Source of the DNA: Macrostomum lignano
Taxonomy: Eukaryota
DNA: 64,000 bases
NCBI GenBank assembly: GCA_002269645.1
Contig: NIVC01002344.1
Span: 117,950-181,949, forward strand
Reading direction: 5' to 3'
Shown: positions 40,161 through 51,033 of the stretch, in pieces
Position numbering within the stretch: position 1 is the stretch's first letter
Layout of the letters: each line of letters opens with the position of its first letter
Translations under genes and position numbers: made by a program
Notes under the pieces: model-generated
The model's input: the letters and a program-made list of their open reading frames with translations, nothing else
The model's database searches: none
Told to the model about the DNA's origin: nothing

Positions 40161-40924
40161 TTAAGCCCCATCAAACTTTTATACCTCAACATAAAAAAGC
40201 ATTGGGAAACAATTTTACTCACCTGTCCTTGGTTGACCGCGCTTCTGCCAGCACAGCGTCTTTATCTGAAAGGCGGCTTTAATCTGCTCGCCTGTGAGCA
40301 GTTCTTCTTCTCGGCGGTCAACAAGCTTCGCGTAATATTCGGCCTTCGGCCCCATTGAACTTGCAGTCCAATTTTTGTGGACTGCCTGTACGAGGTCAGC
40401 TGTTGGTGCATCCCACCGTGTGCTGGAAACGGCGGGTAATTAAAAAATTACCGACTTTCTCAAGCGCGGACACCGTTTGTTTTAGAATCGAGTAGGACAA
40501 GTTGTCCAGGTACTCGCTGATTTTCTTCCCTGGTCTTCCCTGATCGGCTGATTGAAGCTCGTGATGTCTAGACGCTGCATCAGCCGTTTTAAGTACCAGC
40601 GGATCTCGCGGACCGTAGCCGGCTTTTTCCGTCCGCCTAGAGAGCTGGCAAGGAAAACGCAAAGTGCTTCCACGTCAACTGTCGATGGGTGCTCAGCCAC
40701 TGCTGCTCTGGCTGGCACTTTGGCCCTGGCTTCGATCAGTTTCTGCTCCTTTTCGGCTCGGACTGCGCTACGGTGGCTGTTTCGCTTGTGGCTGCTGAGC
40801 TGATTCTCGTTGTTCTTCCATCCCCTGCAGACGTAACATCTAGCTCGTATTAAACAGACAACTGACATTAGCAGATAAAATTTGATCTGTCTGTCTGTCT
40901 GCCTGTCTGTCTCTCCTGTTGAGG

Positions 40925-42355
40925 AAATAGGAGAAAGGAGTGAGGAGAGGAGAAGGAAACGAGTAGAAAGGAGAGAGGAGTGATAGAAAAGTGGAGATGG
41001 ATGAGAAGAGAGAGGAGAGGAGAAGGAAACGAGTAGAAAGGAGAGAGGAGTGATAGAAAAGTGGAGATGGATGAGAAGAGAGAGGAGAGGAGAGGGAAAC
41101 GAGTAGAAAGGAGAGAGGAGTGATAGAAAAGTGGAGATGGATGAGAAGAGAGAGGAGAGGAGAAGGAAACGAGTAGAAAGGAGAGAGGAGTGATAGAAAA
41201 GTGGAGATGGATGAGAAGAGAGAGGAGAGGAGAGGGAAACGAGTAGAAAGGAGAGAGGAGTGATAGAAAAGTGGAGATGGATGAGAAGAGAGAGGAGAGG
41301 AGAAGGAAACGAGTAGAAAGGAGAGAGGAGTGATAGAAAAGTGGAGATGGATGAGAAGAGAGAGGAGAGGAGAGGGAAACGAGTAGAAAGGAGAGAGGAG
41401 TGATAGAAAAGTGGAGATGGATGAGAAGAGAGAGGAGAGGAGAGGGAAACGAGTAGAAAGGAGAGAGGAGTGATAGAAAAGTGGAGATGGATGAGAAGAG
41501 TGAGGAGAGGAGAAAGAAACGAGTAGAAAGGAGAGAGGAGTGATAGAAAAGTGGAGATGGATGAGAAGAGTGAGGAGAGGAGAAGGAAACGAGTAGAAAG
41601 GAGAGAGGAGTGATAGAAAAGTGGAGATGGATGAGAAGAGAGAGGAGAGGAGAAGGAAGCGAGTAGAAAGGAGAGAGGAGTGATAGAAAAGTGGAGATGG
41701 ATGAGAAGAGAGAGGAGAGGAGAAGGAAACGAGTAGAAAGGAGAGAGGAGTGATAGAAAAGTGGAGATGGATGAGAAGAGAGAGGAGAGGAGAAGGAAAC
41801 GAGTAGAAAGGAGAGAGGAGTGATAGAAAAGTGGAGATGGATGAGAAGAGAGAGGAGAGGAGAGGGAAACGAGTAGAAAGGAGAGAGGAGTGATAGAAAA
41901 GTGGAGATGGATGAGAAGAGTGAGGAGAGGAGAAGGAAACGAGTAGAAAGGAGAGAGGAGTGATAGAAAAGTGGAGATGGATGAGAAGAGAGAGGAGAGG
42001 AGAGGGAAACGAGTAGAAAGGAGAGAGGAGTGATAGAAAAGTGGAGATGGATGAGAAGAGAGAGGAGAGGAGAAGGAAACGAGTAGAAAGGAGAGAGGAG
42101 TGATAGAAAAGTGGAGATGGATGAGAAGAGAGAGGAGAGGAGAAAGAAACGAGTAGAAAGGAGAGAGGAGTGATAGAAAAGTGGAGATGGATGAGAAGAG
42201 TGAGGAGAGGAGAAGGAAACGAGTAGAAAGGAGAGAGGAGTGATAGAAAAGTGGAGATGGATGAGAAGAGAGAGGAGAGGAGAAGGAAGCGAGTAGAAAG
42301 GAGAGAGGAGTGATAGAAAAGTGGAGATGGATGAGAAGAGTGAGGAGAGGAGAGA
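40925..42355. repeat. 70-bp purine-rich satellite
   Basis: About 20 units of tgatagaaaagtggagatggatgagaagagagaggagaggagaaggaaacgagtagaaaggagagaggag. Confidence 0.96.
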
Positions 42356-42845
42356 AATTTTAAAAGCCTCAAATCTTAATTTAATACACATTTACTCCAA
42401 TGTTTGTTTACATCTATCTCCACTACTAACAAGAGTTCTTTTGAGTATGACTTTAGATTTAAGAATGCATGCAAAACAGTTCCGGGGATCGGAATTCAGC
42501 GGGTTCAAAATCTGCTGGTTTCAACAGCTCGTTTTTCAATCCATTGAAATTGAATTAAATTGAATTGAATTGAATGAATGATGCGAAATAGAAATTTGAG
42601 AAATAGATTAAATATGCAAGAAAAAGATGTATATGCTCAAAAATGGCGATGATTTCAGTCATCAACAAATCAAAATTTTGACTCCACTTTGGTGACTAAT
42701 TAAAGTTCACAATTTTACATATTTGGAACTGCTTAGATAGGTGTCTTCCACCATGAACCACCTATCACTTTCACTGAGCATAGTGCAATCTTGAGCATAC
42801 TCAGAGCACGTATTTGCTTTTAAACATGTATTCATGTATTCATGT

Positions 42846-43230
42846 ATTGGGGTATGTGCAGGTGTATTTGGGGTATGTGCAGTTGTATTGGGGTATGTGC
42901 AGGTGTATTGGGGTATGTGCAGGTGTATTGGGGTATGTGCAGGTGTATTGGGGTATGTGCAGGTGTATTGGGGTATGTGCAGGTGTATTGGGGTATGTGC
43001 AGGTGTATTGGGGTATGTGCAGGTGTATTGGGGTATGTGCAGGTGTATTGGCATGTGCAGGTGTATTGGGGTATGTGCAGGTGTATTGGGGTATGTGCAG
43101 GTGTATTGGGGTATGTGCAGGTGTATTGGGGTATGTGCAGGTGTATTGGGGTATGTGCAGGTGTATTGGGGTATGTGCAGGTGTATTGGGGTATGTGCAG
43201 GTGTATTGGGGTATGTGCAGGTGTATTGGG
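42846..43230. repeat. 20-bp minisatellite (ggggtatgtgcaggtgtatt)
   Basis: About 19 units. Confidence 0.96.
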
Positions 43231-43964
43231 CTAAATGTGGTCACGAGAGACTCATCGGAGCTCGTAGGCGGGGCTTCACGCGGCAGCAGTGCAGGCGGTC
43301 CGTCAGACTTGGCACCGCAGAATCCGCAACATTCGCGGGCTCCACAGCAGATGGCAGCCCTGGCATTTAAGCAGTCGTTGCCAGAGGTGCGGAGGCTGGG
43401 GTAAGCGTTCATCTGTAACTGCTAGCTTGCCGCCTTTGGCTATGCGGGGACCGAAAATGCTACATCAGGGGTCGGCAAACTTCGGCCCATGAGGCCTCTT
43501 TATCCGGCCCTCGGCTCCACTGAAACTTCACAATAGCAATCCGGCACGCTCCAGTTTTGTGTATCTTCTCTCCTCTCTCCTATCCTCTCTCCTCCCTCTT
43601 CTCTCTTCTCTCCCTTCTCTTGTCTCTCCTCTCTTTTCTAATCTTGTTTTTTTTCTTATCTCATCAATCCCCTCTCCTTTCCACTCTCATCTGGCCCGCA
43701 GCCATGAGCTCAAAGGTCAAAGGTTTGCCAACCCTTGTGCCACATGGACATCAACAGCATTTCCAAACTGAGCTGCCAACTGATGAGAATCGCAGCTGTT
43801 TATCCAGCACATTTCAGCCGTCACTGGCCATTGTGAAGATTGCTATCGCCATGGCAGCGGTGCACAGGACCGATCTGGTATGCAGCCCTCTCGAGTCCAT
43901 CTGCATCAACACGCACAGCTGCCGCTTGCCAAGTTTGATGGTTGAGTTGCAGTGAGAGGCTGTG

Positions 43965-44095
43965 CAGGGAGCAGTGTGAGGCTGTGAAGGGAGCAGTGTG
44001 AGGCTGTGCAGGGAGCAGTGTGAGGCTGTGCAGGGAGCAGTGTGAGGCTGTGCAGGGAGCTGTGTGAGGCTGTGCAGGGAGCGGTGTGAGACTGT
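43965..44095. repeat. 22-bp minisatellite (tgtgaggctgtgcagggagcag)
   Basis: About 6 units. Confidence 0.88.
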
Positions 44096-44484
44096 GGACA
44101 GATGGGGTCCAGCTTCCTAAGCTCATTCTTCAGAGTCTGTATTATACTTTCGACTGCTTCGCACTCTGACAAAAAGTACACATCGGATCCATGCAAAGCC
44201 TCTGCAGAGGCACAGCCGCTCTCCAAGCTGAATGTCCGGCCATCTGCTGCTACATCCGATGACGAATATCTTGAGACGAATTCGAGGAGATTCCAGCAGC
44301 AGTCGGGACGAAGCGCTCAGATCACCGCAGACGCAGTCGAATGCAGTGCCGCGCAGCACATCGACTGTGCAAAATCCAGAGTACTTTTTTAACGCCAGCC
44401 GTAGTCAATATCGGAACATTCTGGCAGAGTCGCCCCGAACAATCAGGGCGGAGTAGCTGATGAGGCGTTTCCACAGCTTCCGCT

Positions 44485-44868
44485 GCAGCCACCTTCAGAA
44501 CTGCAGCCGCTGCCGCCACCTTCAGAACTACAGCCGCTGCCGCCACCTTCAGAACTACAGCTGCTGCCGCCACCTTCAGAACTACAGCCGCTGCCGCCAC
44601 CTTCAGAACTACAGCCGCTGCCGCCACCTTCAGAACTACAGCCGCTGCCGCCACCTTCAGAACTACAGCCGCTGCCGCCACCTTCAGAACTACAGCTGCT
44701 GCCGCCACCTTCAGAACTACAGCTGCTGCCGCCACCTTCAGAACTACAGCCGCTGCCGCCACCTTCAGAACTACAGCCGCTGCCGCCACCTTCAGAACTA
44801 CAGCCGCTGCCGCCACCTTCAGAACTACAGCCGCTGCCGCCACCTTCAGAACTACAGCTGCTGCCGCC
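44485..44868. repeat. 27-bp minisatellite (ccaccttcagaactacagccgctgccg)
   Basis: About 14 units. Confidence 0.95.
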
Positions 44869-45911
44869 TGAGACGCATCCTCTACAGTCGCAGGCGTCTC
44901 GAAGCACCTCGGTGGGAAGTCGCTCTCTGAGAAAGATTCAAATTTGAGCTGTGTTTAACCGCTTGCTGCTGGAATTCATCCAACGCTGGTTTCTGTCAGA
45001 ATGACTCGCATTATGGTTTGTCAGCATTGATTGCAGTGCAGCGAAGGTTCTGCTCAGACTTTGCTGTTTAACTCCTCGATAACTCCTAGTCCCGGTTGTT
45101 AGGAGAATCCCTGATGAGGTTGCTAGGGGAATGCCAGATCAGGTTTCTAGGGTAATCCCAGATCAGCTTGCTGGGGGATCCCCAAATATTTAGGGCAGCA
45201 AATGCCCACTTGCAGCAGTTGAGCATCAGTGAGGCAGTCAGCAGCTTGAGGTACTCAATTCCGTCAAGAAGGTGCAAAGCTGCCTCCGTGTGCATCCGGA
45301 ATGCACTGCTGAGGCGATCGCTGTGGCGCTCAGTGGCTGAGCAGCTCGGCTTTGAGCTCCGAGTGAAACATGGGTGGAGATATGAATTTACCGAGCCGAG
45401 TGGCCACCCACAGCCGGAAGTTCAGGAGGTGCCGCTGCTGGCGCTGCAGGCAGCCACCGGCGATTCTGCGACTGCCTGCTGGCTGAGGAGGTGCCGGCTG
45501 ACCTTTGATGTTTTTGTGGCCTTGCAGCCTTTTATGTACTTTTATTTTTGGCTTCAGGGATTTCGCTAATGATAAATTTTAGGGTCTTGCACGGGATTCC
45601 CGGTAGGATTCTCGTTTTTCAGGAATTTTGATTTTTAACTCAAAAGTCATTCTTCATCAGGCGACACTTTCAAGGCAGCATTGTGGGGCAGAGAACACAA
45701 AGGGTGAGCTGGAGAATTCATTTTCAAATTTATTTGCAGACTGGAAAAAGCAAGCAAGCATGGTTAAATAAGTGCAGTACAAGCGTATTTTACCAAAGAC
45801 AGCTGAAATACTGAATTACAGACTGGGGAATTTTATCATATATCTACGAAGTATTTTGGCCAATACGAAACAGCAATAAATAAAATAATGGAATTGTACT
45901 TGATGCACACT

Positions 45912-46060
45912 GGGGAGCTGTCAGGCTGTCAGTCACTGAATGTTCATGAGGGAGCTGTCAGGCTGTCAGTCACTGAATGTTCATGAGGGAGCTGTCAGGC
46001 TGTCAGTCACTGACTGTTCATGAGGGAGATGTCAGGCTGTCAGTCACTGAATGTTCATGA
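45912..46060. repeat. 37-bp minisatellite, paralog of 27617-27988, 3' flank of cGLR copy 2
   Basis: Same unit and the same adjoining unique sequence actacatgattaaagtacatgaaatcaa. Confidence 0.93.
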
Positions 46061-46129
46061 CTACATGATTAAAGTACATGAAATCAACTTGCTGACTGAT
46101 TGAGCTCATTCTGAGAGCAGGTTCTTAGA

Positions 46130-46400
46130 GACAATCCCACAGCATGTACAGACAATCCAACAGCATGAAGAGACAATCCAACAGCATGAAGAGACAATCC
46201 AACAGCATGAAGAGACAATCCAACAGCATGAAGAGACAATCCAACAGCATGAAGAGACAATCCAACAGCATGAAGAGACAATCCAACAGCATGTACAGAC
46301 AATCCAACAGCATGTAGAGACAATCCAACAGCATGTACAGACAATCCAACAGCATGTAGAGACAATCCAACAGCATGTACAGACAATCCAACAGCATGTA
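46130..46400. repeat. 21-bp minisatellite (agacaatccaacagcatgaag)
   Basis: About 13 units. Confidence 0.94.
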
Positions 46401-46521
46401 TAGGTGTTTTCATGCAGAACCGGCACAACCCCATCAAGTCAGAATGCACCAGAATAAGCAGTTTCTTAAACTAACCCAAGCTACATGAAATTAGGTCAGC
46501 ATCGAACACCGCTCCAGGCAG

Positions 46522-47248
46522 TCAGTCTGACTCAGCCTTCATTTTCCGACCTCCACTTTGCGACTCGACTTTGAGGACTCCAGCTGCTGCATCAAGTCTC
46601 TCCAGCTTCTGCCTGACCCAGCCGATCTTCTCCTCGTCCTGCGTCTCCATGGCGACGCGTCTCTCTTTCTCGATCATCTCCATCTGCTGCAGGCTGAGCT
46701 CCACGTGCTCGCGGCAGTCGCTGTAGTGAGCCAGAGTGAGCAGCTCCTCCAAGTCCGGGTCTCCAAGCAGCTGTTCAATCCAATGATCGAATGCGATTGC
46801 AGGTGCGCGATTGCGGAGCAGCTCAGCTTGGAGACTCCAGCTCAGGCAGCGGAAGTTTACGTACAGGTGGGAGGAGAGAGGCTGCGACAGTCTGGCTGTG
46901 AACAGAGTCTGCGTGAACTCGGGAAGGAATGGGAAGCGAGGCGGAGAGTCGCAGGGGAGGCAGAACCTCCACGCCCAGTCTGAGTCTTCTGGCAGTTTTG
47001 TAATGTAGCTCTCTTTTCGAATATCATTTGGCTTCAACCCTGACTCAACCTGATGTCTCTGCAGCTCCATCGCGAGTCTATCAGCCTCCTCAGATTCTCC
47101 GAACTTCAAATGCGCCATGGCGGTCATGCACAGGGCGGCGCACTTGCACCACTGCAGCTCATGCAGGAGACTGAGCTGCCTCATCAGGGTGTCTCTGTCT
47201 CTCGATTCCGACTGCAGCTCGCTCACACACTGGTGCACCACACTGTAC
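46522..47248 (-). pseudogene. 3' part of a second cGLR paralog, truncated by the Polinton terminus
   Basis: YSVVHQCVSELQSES...KVESQS aligns with the C-terminal ~240 aa of the 28595 gene. Homology stops at cacactgtac (47248), where agtag begins. Confidence 0.9.
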
Positions 47249-47721
47249 AGTAGAAGGCATGAGGGGGCTTCTGGGACAAAATTTTTCACGTCCTCCATAA
47301 TCCACCTAAATCCATCCATATTATCCCTGACAGAATCAGAAAAAAAGGGGGGTCGCACTCGCTCCGAAAACGTCCTCCATAATCCCATTAAATCCATCCA
47401 TATTATCCCCGACAGAATCAGAAAAAAAGGGGGGTCGCACTCGCTCACAAAACGTCCTCCATAATCCCATTAAATCCATCCATATTATCCCTGACAGAAT
47501 CAGAGCATAACAGGTGTCCTACTGTTATGCTCTGAGGGTTTATGCTCTGAGCATAACAGCTCCAAATCCACCCATAACATTTCTAAAACAATCAGAAAAT
47601 AATCTGCATTCTTCTCCCCATGGGGCCCACATTCGATTCGCAACGTGCTACCACATCCCTAAGACTTTAAATCATCAGCGCAGGGTCCTCACCCTTTAAA
47701 AAAATTAAATTCTCAATAAAA

Positions 47722-47961
47722 ATGTTTCCAGTTGTCTCTCCAGGTTCCTATTATACTCAGCCTCATCCATTGTACAAATCCAAGTACCGATGCAAACTTG
47801 AATGCAGCGAGTACATGAGAAAATATTGGCCCGATGTTGATATCAATGTCCCTAATATTAATCTAGCTCTCCAAAGACACTGGTTTCATAAGTATGGAGT
47901 AACCTATGTAAAAGATTACGACAGCTACTATAACTTTGCAGAAATCATTAGACAATTGTAA
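47722..47961 (+). CDS. Polinton terminal small ORF (79 aa), left copy
   Basis: 76/79 aa identical to 63311-63550, preceded by aataaaa-ATG. Confidence 0.7.
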   Translation: MFPVVSPGSYYTQPHPLYKSKYRCKLECSEYMRKYWPDVDINVPNINLALQRHWFHKYGVTYVKDYDSYYNFAEIIRQL

Positions 47962-47968
47962 TTTTTTC

Positions 47969-48503
47969 TTACATTCTTTCAATGATCAACGTCAATACAA
48001 ACTCTTCCCCATTAAAATCAACGCCCATCCCATCTTCAGTCTCAAACTGTAGCACAATCTCGTGAATCTCTTTATTACTCAATACAACTCTTTTCACTGG
48101 ATTTGGTTTCTCTACCACCATCTGTCCTCCAGCAACAGAGTTGGAGATGTTGTACAAAATATTCGTTCGCTTTCCCTTAAATACCCAATCAAGACTGAGA
48201 TTGCTTCTGATTAGAATATTCAAACCCTTTACAATGTCTGCAATATTGGGTGCTAAGAACAAACCGCTTACACTTTCCCGGACCATTCTAACAGTCCCCG
48301 ATGCTTGAGTGGCGGTCTGCGCCGCGGATTCTGCCTTATAAACTTTCTTCTCGAATCCTAGTTCCCTATACCAAGTGTCATCTTTAAACTCAACCTCCGC
48401 ATTTTTGTGAACTTGCATGACCACTCTCATTACAGTGAGATCATAGGTTAGTTTGACAGGGAACAGTTTCTTCTCTGGCTTACTCGCATCAGGTGTCTCG
48501 AAA
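47969..48503 (-). pseudogene. 5'-truncated minor capsid (penton) gene copy
   Basis: Matches the C-terminal ~175 aa of 62438-63306 and is open across the site where that copy is frameshifted. Confidence 0.85.
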
Positions 48504-48687
48504 TATAAGCCGAAACATTAAATTCTGCATTATCTAATAATAAATCAGCACATGGACAAACTCATCTAAATTAAATATCAGCAAAGCTGGTTTGAAGATT
48601 GTGTCTGTCACTTTTTATTTAGAAGAATGAGTAAATAGCATATCATAATTAATGAATTGATAATTGATTACCAATGGGCAGATGTGC

Positions 48688-48952
48688 AACCGACAGCTCA
48701 GCCGCAGCTATTGCGCAGCTCATCTGAAGGCTGCTACGGCTGTTCAGTCCAAGGACTGGGGGGGGGGTCGCCATACACACACCCTCACTTACTCCAGCTA
48801 ATGCTGGTACCCATTTTACAGCTGGGTGAACTGAAGAAATGCGGAGTAAAGTTCCTTGCTCAAGGACACAAATTGTTGCAGTGGGATCGGGAATCGAACC
48901 CCCCGACCTTCAAGTCGTGAGTCCGACGCCCTAACCACTAGGCTACAACCCC
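48688..48952 (-). mobile_element. tRNA-derived CORE-like SINE (copy 2)
   Basis: Head GGGGTTGTAGCCTAGTGGTTAGGGCG...GGTTCGATTCCC, then gtccttgagcaagg...cagttcacccagctgtaaaatgggtacc. Confidence 0.82.
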
Positions 48953-49177
48953 TACAGCAGGTGGGGTTGTAGTATATCATAAATAACATGTTACACACAG
49001 CTGGTACCAGAATAGGAAAAATTTCAACGCGTTAGCCTTTTCTGGCCAATCGAACGCAAGCTAGAGCGTGCGTAAAATACAAAAATATTTATATATAAAA
49101 TATACAAAATAAACAAAATATACAAAAATATACAAAATATACAGAATATACAAAAATATTTAACAAAAAAAATAATT

Positions 49178-49420
49178 GCTCTTGCAATAGGAAAAAATGC
49201 CAACGCGTTGGCTTTTTCTGACCAATCCGAAGCAGGCTAGCGCTTTCTATAAAAAATTCTTTCTTTTGCTCTTGCAATAGGAAAAAATGCCAACGCGTTG
49301 GTTTTTTCTGACCAATCCGAAGCAGGCTAGCGCTTTCTATAAAAAATTCTTTCTTTTGCTCTTGCAATAGGAAAAAATGCCAACGCGTTGGTTTTTTCTG
49401 ACCAATCCGAAGCAGGCTAG
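49178..49420. repeat. 90-bp tandem repeat (about 2.7 units, plus a diverged unit at ~49010-49070) with palindrome and CCAAT
   Basis: Each unit has gccaacgcgttgg(c/t) followed by gaccaat. Confidence 0.88.
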
Positions 49421-49430
49421 AGTGTCTTTT

Positions 49431-50114
49431 TCAAACAAGTTGCTTCCATGACTGATCATCCTCAAGGATTTCAACTAATATTGACATATTAGCATTCAGA
49501 TCACGAAGCGGCAGGGAGACTTGCTTAAGACCAGGGTATTCACTTTCCAGCTTGAATAACTTCATATAAAGATTGGCCGACGAAACCTTGAGGTTTACTT
49601 TATCGAGAAGATAGTCAAAATTCTGTTTTCGGGCCTTTCTATCGTAGTTTTTGTTACCGGTTTTAAATGTCAACAAAATTTTTCCACATTAGATCGCATG
49701 AAGCAGACCACTCTTCTGCGACCTTTTCAGACGAAGCAGAGCGCACTGCAGACGCTTTACCACATCACCGCCTTCATCATCGGAAGGTATCCCAACATCC
49801 GCTTGGGGAATTCGTGAGGCGGTGAGCTTCTGTTTGAAGTCTTCTTTGCGCTTAGCTCGCCGCTCTGCATTAAGCGCCGCCATGCGATCACTCGCCTCCT
49901 TCTTCTGCTGCCGCGTTAGAGTTAGCACTTCCATTTGCAGCGAATCTTCCTTGAGCCCGAAAAAGCTGGCGATCTTTTGTCTTTTCTCCGCAGCTCTAAC
50001 TGGATCCTTGATTTCTGCTAAAGTCTCAGATAAGACCTCGCATAGTCTCCGTTTCGCTGTTTCGCCAGACAGGTTTAAACACCAATCGACATCCATAGAT
50101 GAACTAGAAGCCAT
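49431..50114 (-). pseudogene. Polinton ORF of unknown function (~227 codons) with one in-frame TAA
   Basis: ORFs 49689-50114 and 49431-49676 share a frame: ...LLHAI*CGKILLTFKTGNK... Confidence 0.55.
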
Positions 50115-50502
50115 TACGGTTTCGGTCGAGCAGCAGAAGCGTAAAGTAGTTGCACATAAAAAACTATAATCTGTCGCTTCTGTTTCTCAGTGCACAATGC
50201 GTGTGAAGATATAGAGAGCTAAAAATCGTTTTCAAATGTACATGCGCTCGTATCTACGCGAAATTTCTGTTACTAGCTGTTGCGTTCGATCGATTAAGCC
50301 ACCCACCCGCTGCTCTACACAAGCACCTAACACCAGCAAAGCGAGCTAAGACTCCCAAGCTCACTCTTTCCTTTCCTAAGATTGTATGGACAAAATTCCT
50401 AGCAATACATTCGCAAAAATCGATTTCTCAATTTTTAAAAATGCAGCTGCTGCGTTTGGCCAGGGCTGAGAATAATACGCTCGTAGTTAAACCCTTCCCG
50501 AC

Positions 50503-51003
50503 TCAAACGTCTCTCTCTACCCCCAGCTCTTTCAGCAGTCTTCCTAGTACCTTGTGAGGTGCGCACAAAATAAACCCGGCTCCCGTGCGTTCGCCCTCTC
50601 TCCCCGTGCACTCGCCCTCTCTCCCCAAACACCCGCCCTCGGCGCCCATTCCTAATCCCAGTTTTGCCTTACTAAAAATAACAGCTTTAACTAGCTTCCG
50701 AGCGATCGACTCACGAAATCCGCTTGAAGCCCCTATATTGTCGAGTCTCCTGAGCATTTCTTTGTCCCAGCGATTCTTCTCCTCAGGAAAATCCCTATAT
50801 TTAACATCGTGCCACATGCAGACAGAGTCTAGCTCGTTCACAGGCTCGTGCCCAGGATTTGGATTATTGTTTTTATCCAACTGAATTTCAAGTGGATTCA
50901 AAGGTCCGCAATATTTGTACCCGGGAACTGTCCAGCCTTTGTTTGGATGAGGAAGCTTTTCTATCAGTCCATGTGAATCTATTTTACCACCAGAGCGCTG
51001 CAT
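50503..51003 (-). CDS. Parvovirus-VP1u-type phospholipase A2 protein (166 aa)
   Basis: ATG at 51003. Ca-binding loop region PGYKYCGPLN and catalytic VNELDSVCMWHDVKY (HDxxY). Confidence 0.85.
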   Translation of the reverse strand: MQRSGGKIDSHGLIEKLPHPNKGWTVPGYKYCGPLNPLEIQLDKNNNPNPGHEPVNELDSVCMWHDVKYRDFPEEKNRWDKEMLRRLDNIGASSGFRESIARKLVKAVIFSKAKLGLGMGAEGGCLGREGECTGREGERTGAGFILCAPHKVLGRLLKELGVERDV

Positions 51004-51033
51004 TATTTTATTTAAAATTTTCTTTTTAAATAA

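Larger units (their letters stand above)
37700..40870 (-). mobile_element. Intron-containing tyrosine recombinase relic (Crypton-like)
   Basis: Frameshifted pieces in canonical order: LCVFLASSLGGRKKPA, EEELLTGEQIKAAF, [donor ag|gtgagt 40223, acceptor cacAG ~38657], YLAVGMVICF..NANRQGVAS (box I Arg), VQSHKSNAKHGSAWV (catalytic Lys), VSKFRQW, MADHQNHTEGVQRQFY (His/Tyr). Element ends not defined. Confidence 0.6.
47249..48503. repeat. Left inverted terminal segment: 82-bp subterminal repeats, small ORF and 3' half of the minor capsid gene
   Basis: Reverse-complement match to ~62780-64000. About 9 substitutions in the 240-nt ORF and more divergence in noncoding parts. Confidence 0.88.

Noticed and set aside
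17879-44930. Long ORFs such as 17879-19387, 26031-26948, 33834-34743, 40840-42391 and 44322-44930
   Set aside because: They are translations of minisatellites whose units lack stops in some frames. There is no domain content or splice support.
43240-45570. Possible exons among GC-rich stretches (e.g. 43906-44365, 45086-45500; also 33400-34050)
   Set aside because: No recognisable domain, in-frame stops, and no consistent splice model could be built.
11732-46400. CRISPR-like repeat arrays
   Set aside because: All arrays are head-to-tail tandem units with no unique spacers, there are no cas genes, and the context is eukaryotic.
48880-48952. tRNA-Val(CAC)-like sequence as a functional tRNA
   Set aside because: The anticodon stem pairs poorly and the sequence runs straight into a SINE body also found at 1375-1630, so it is a SINE head.
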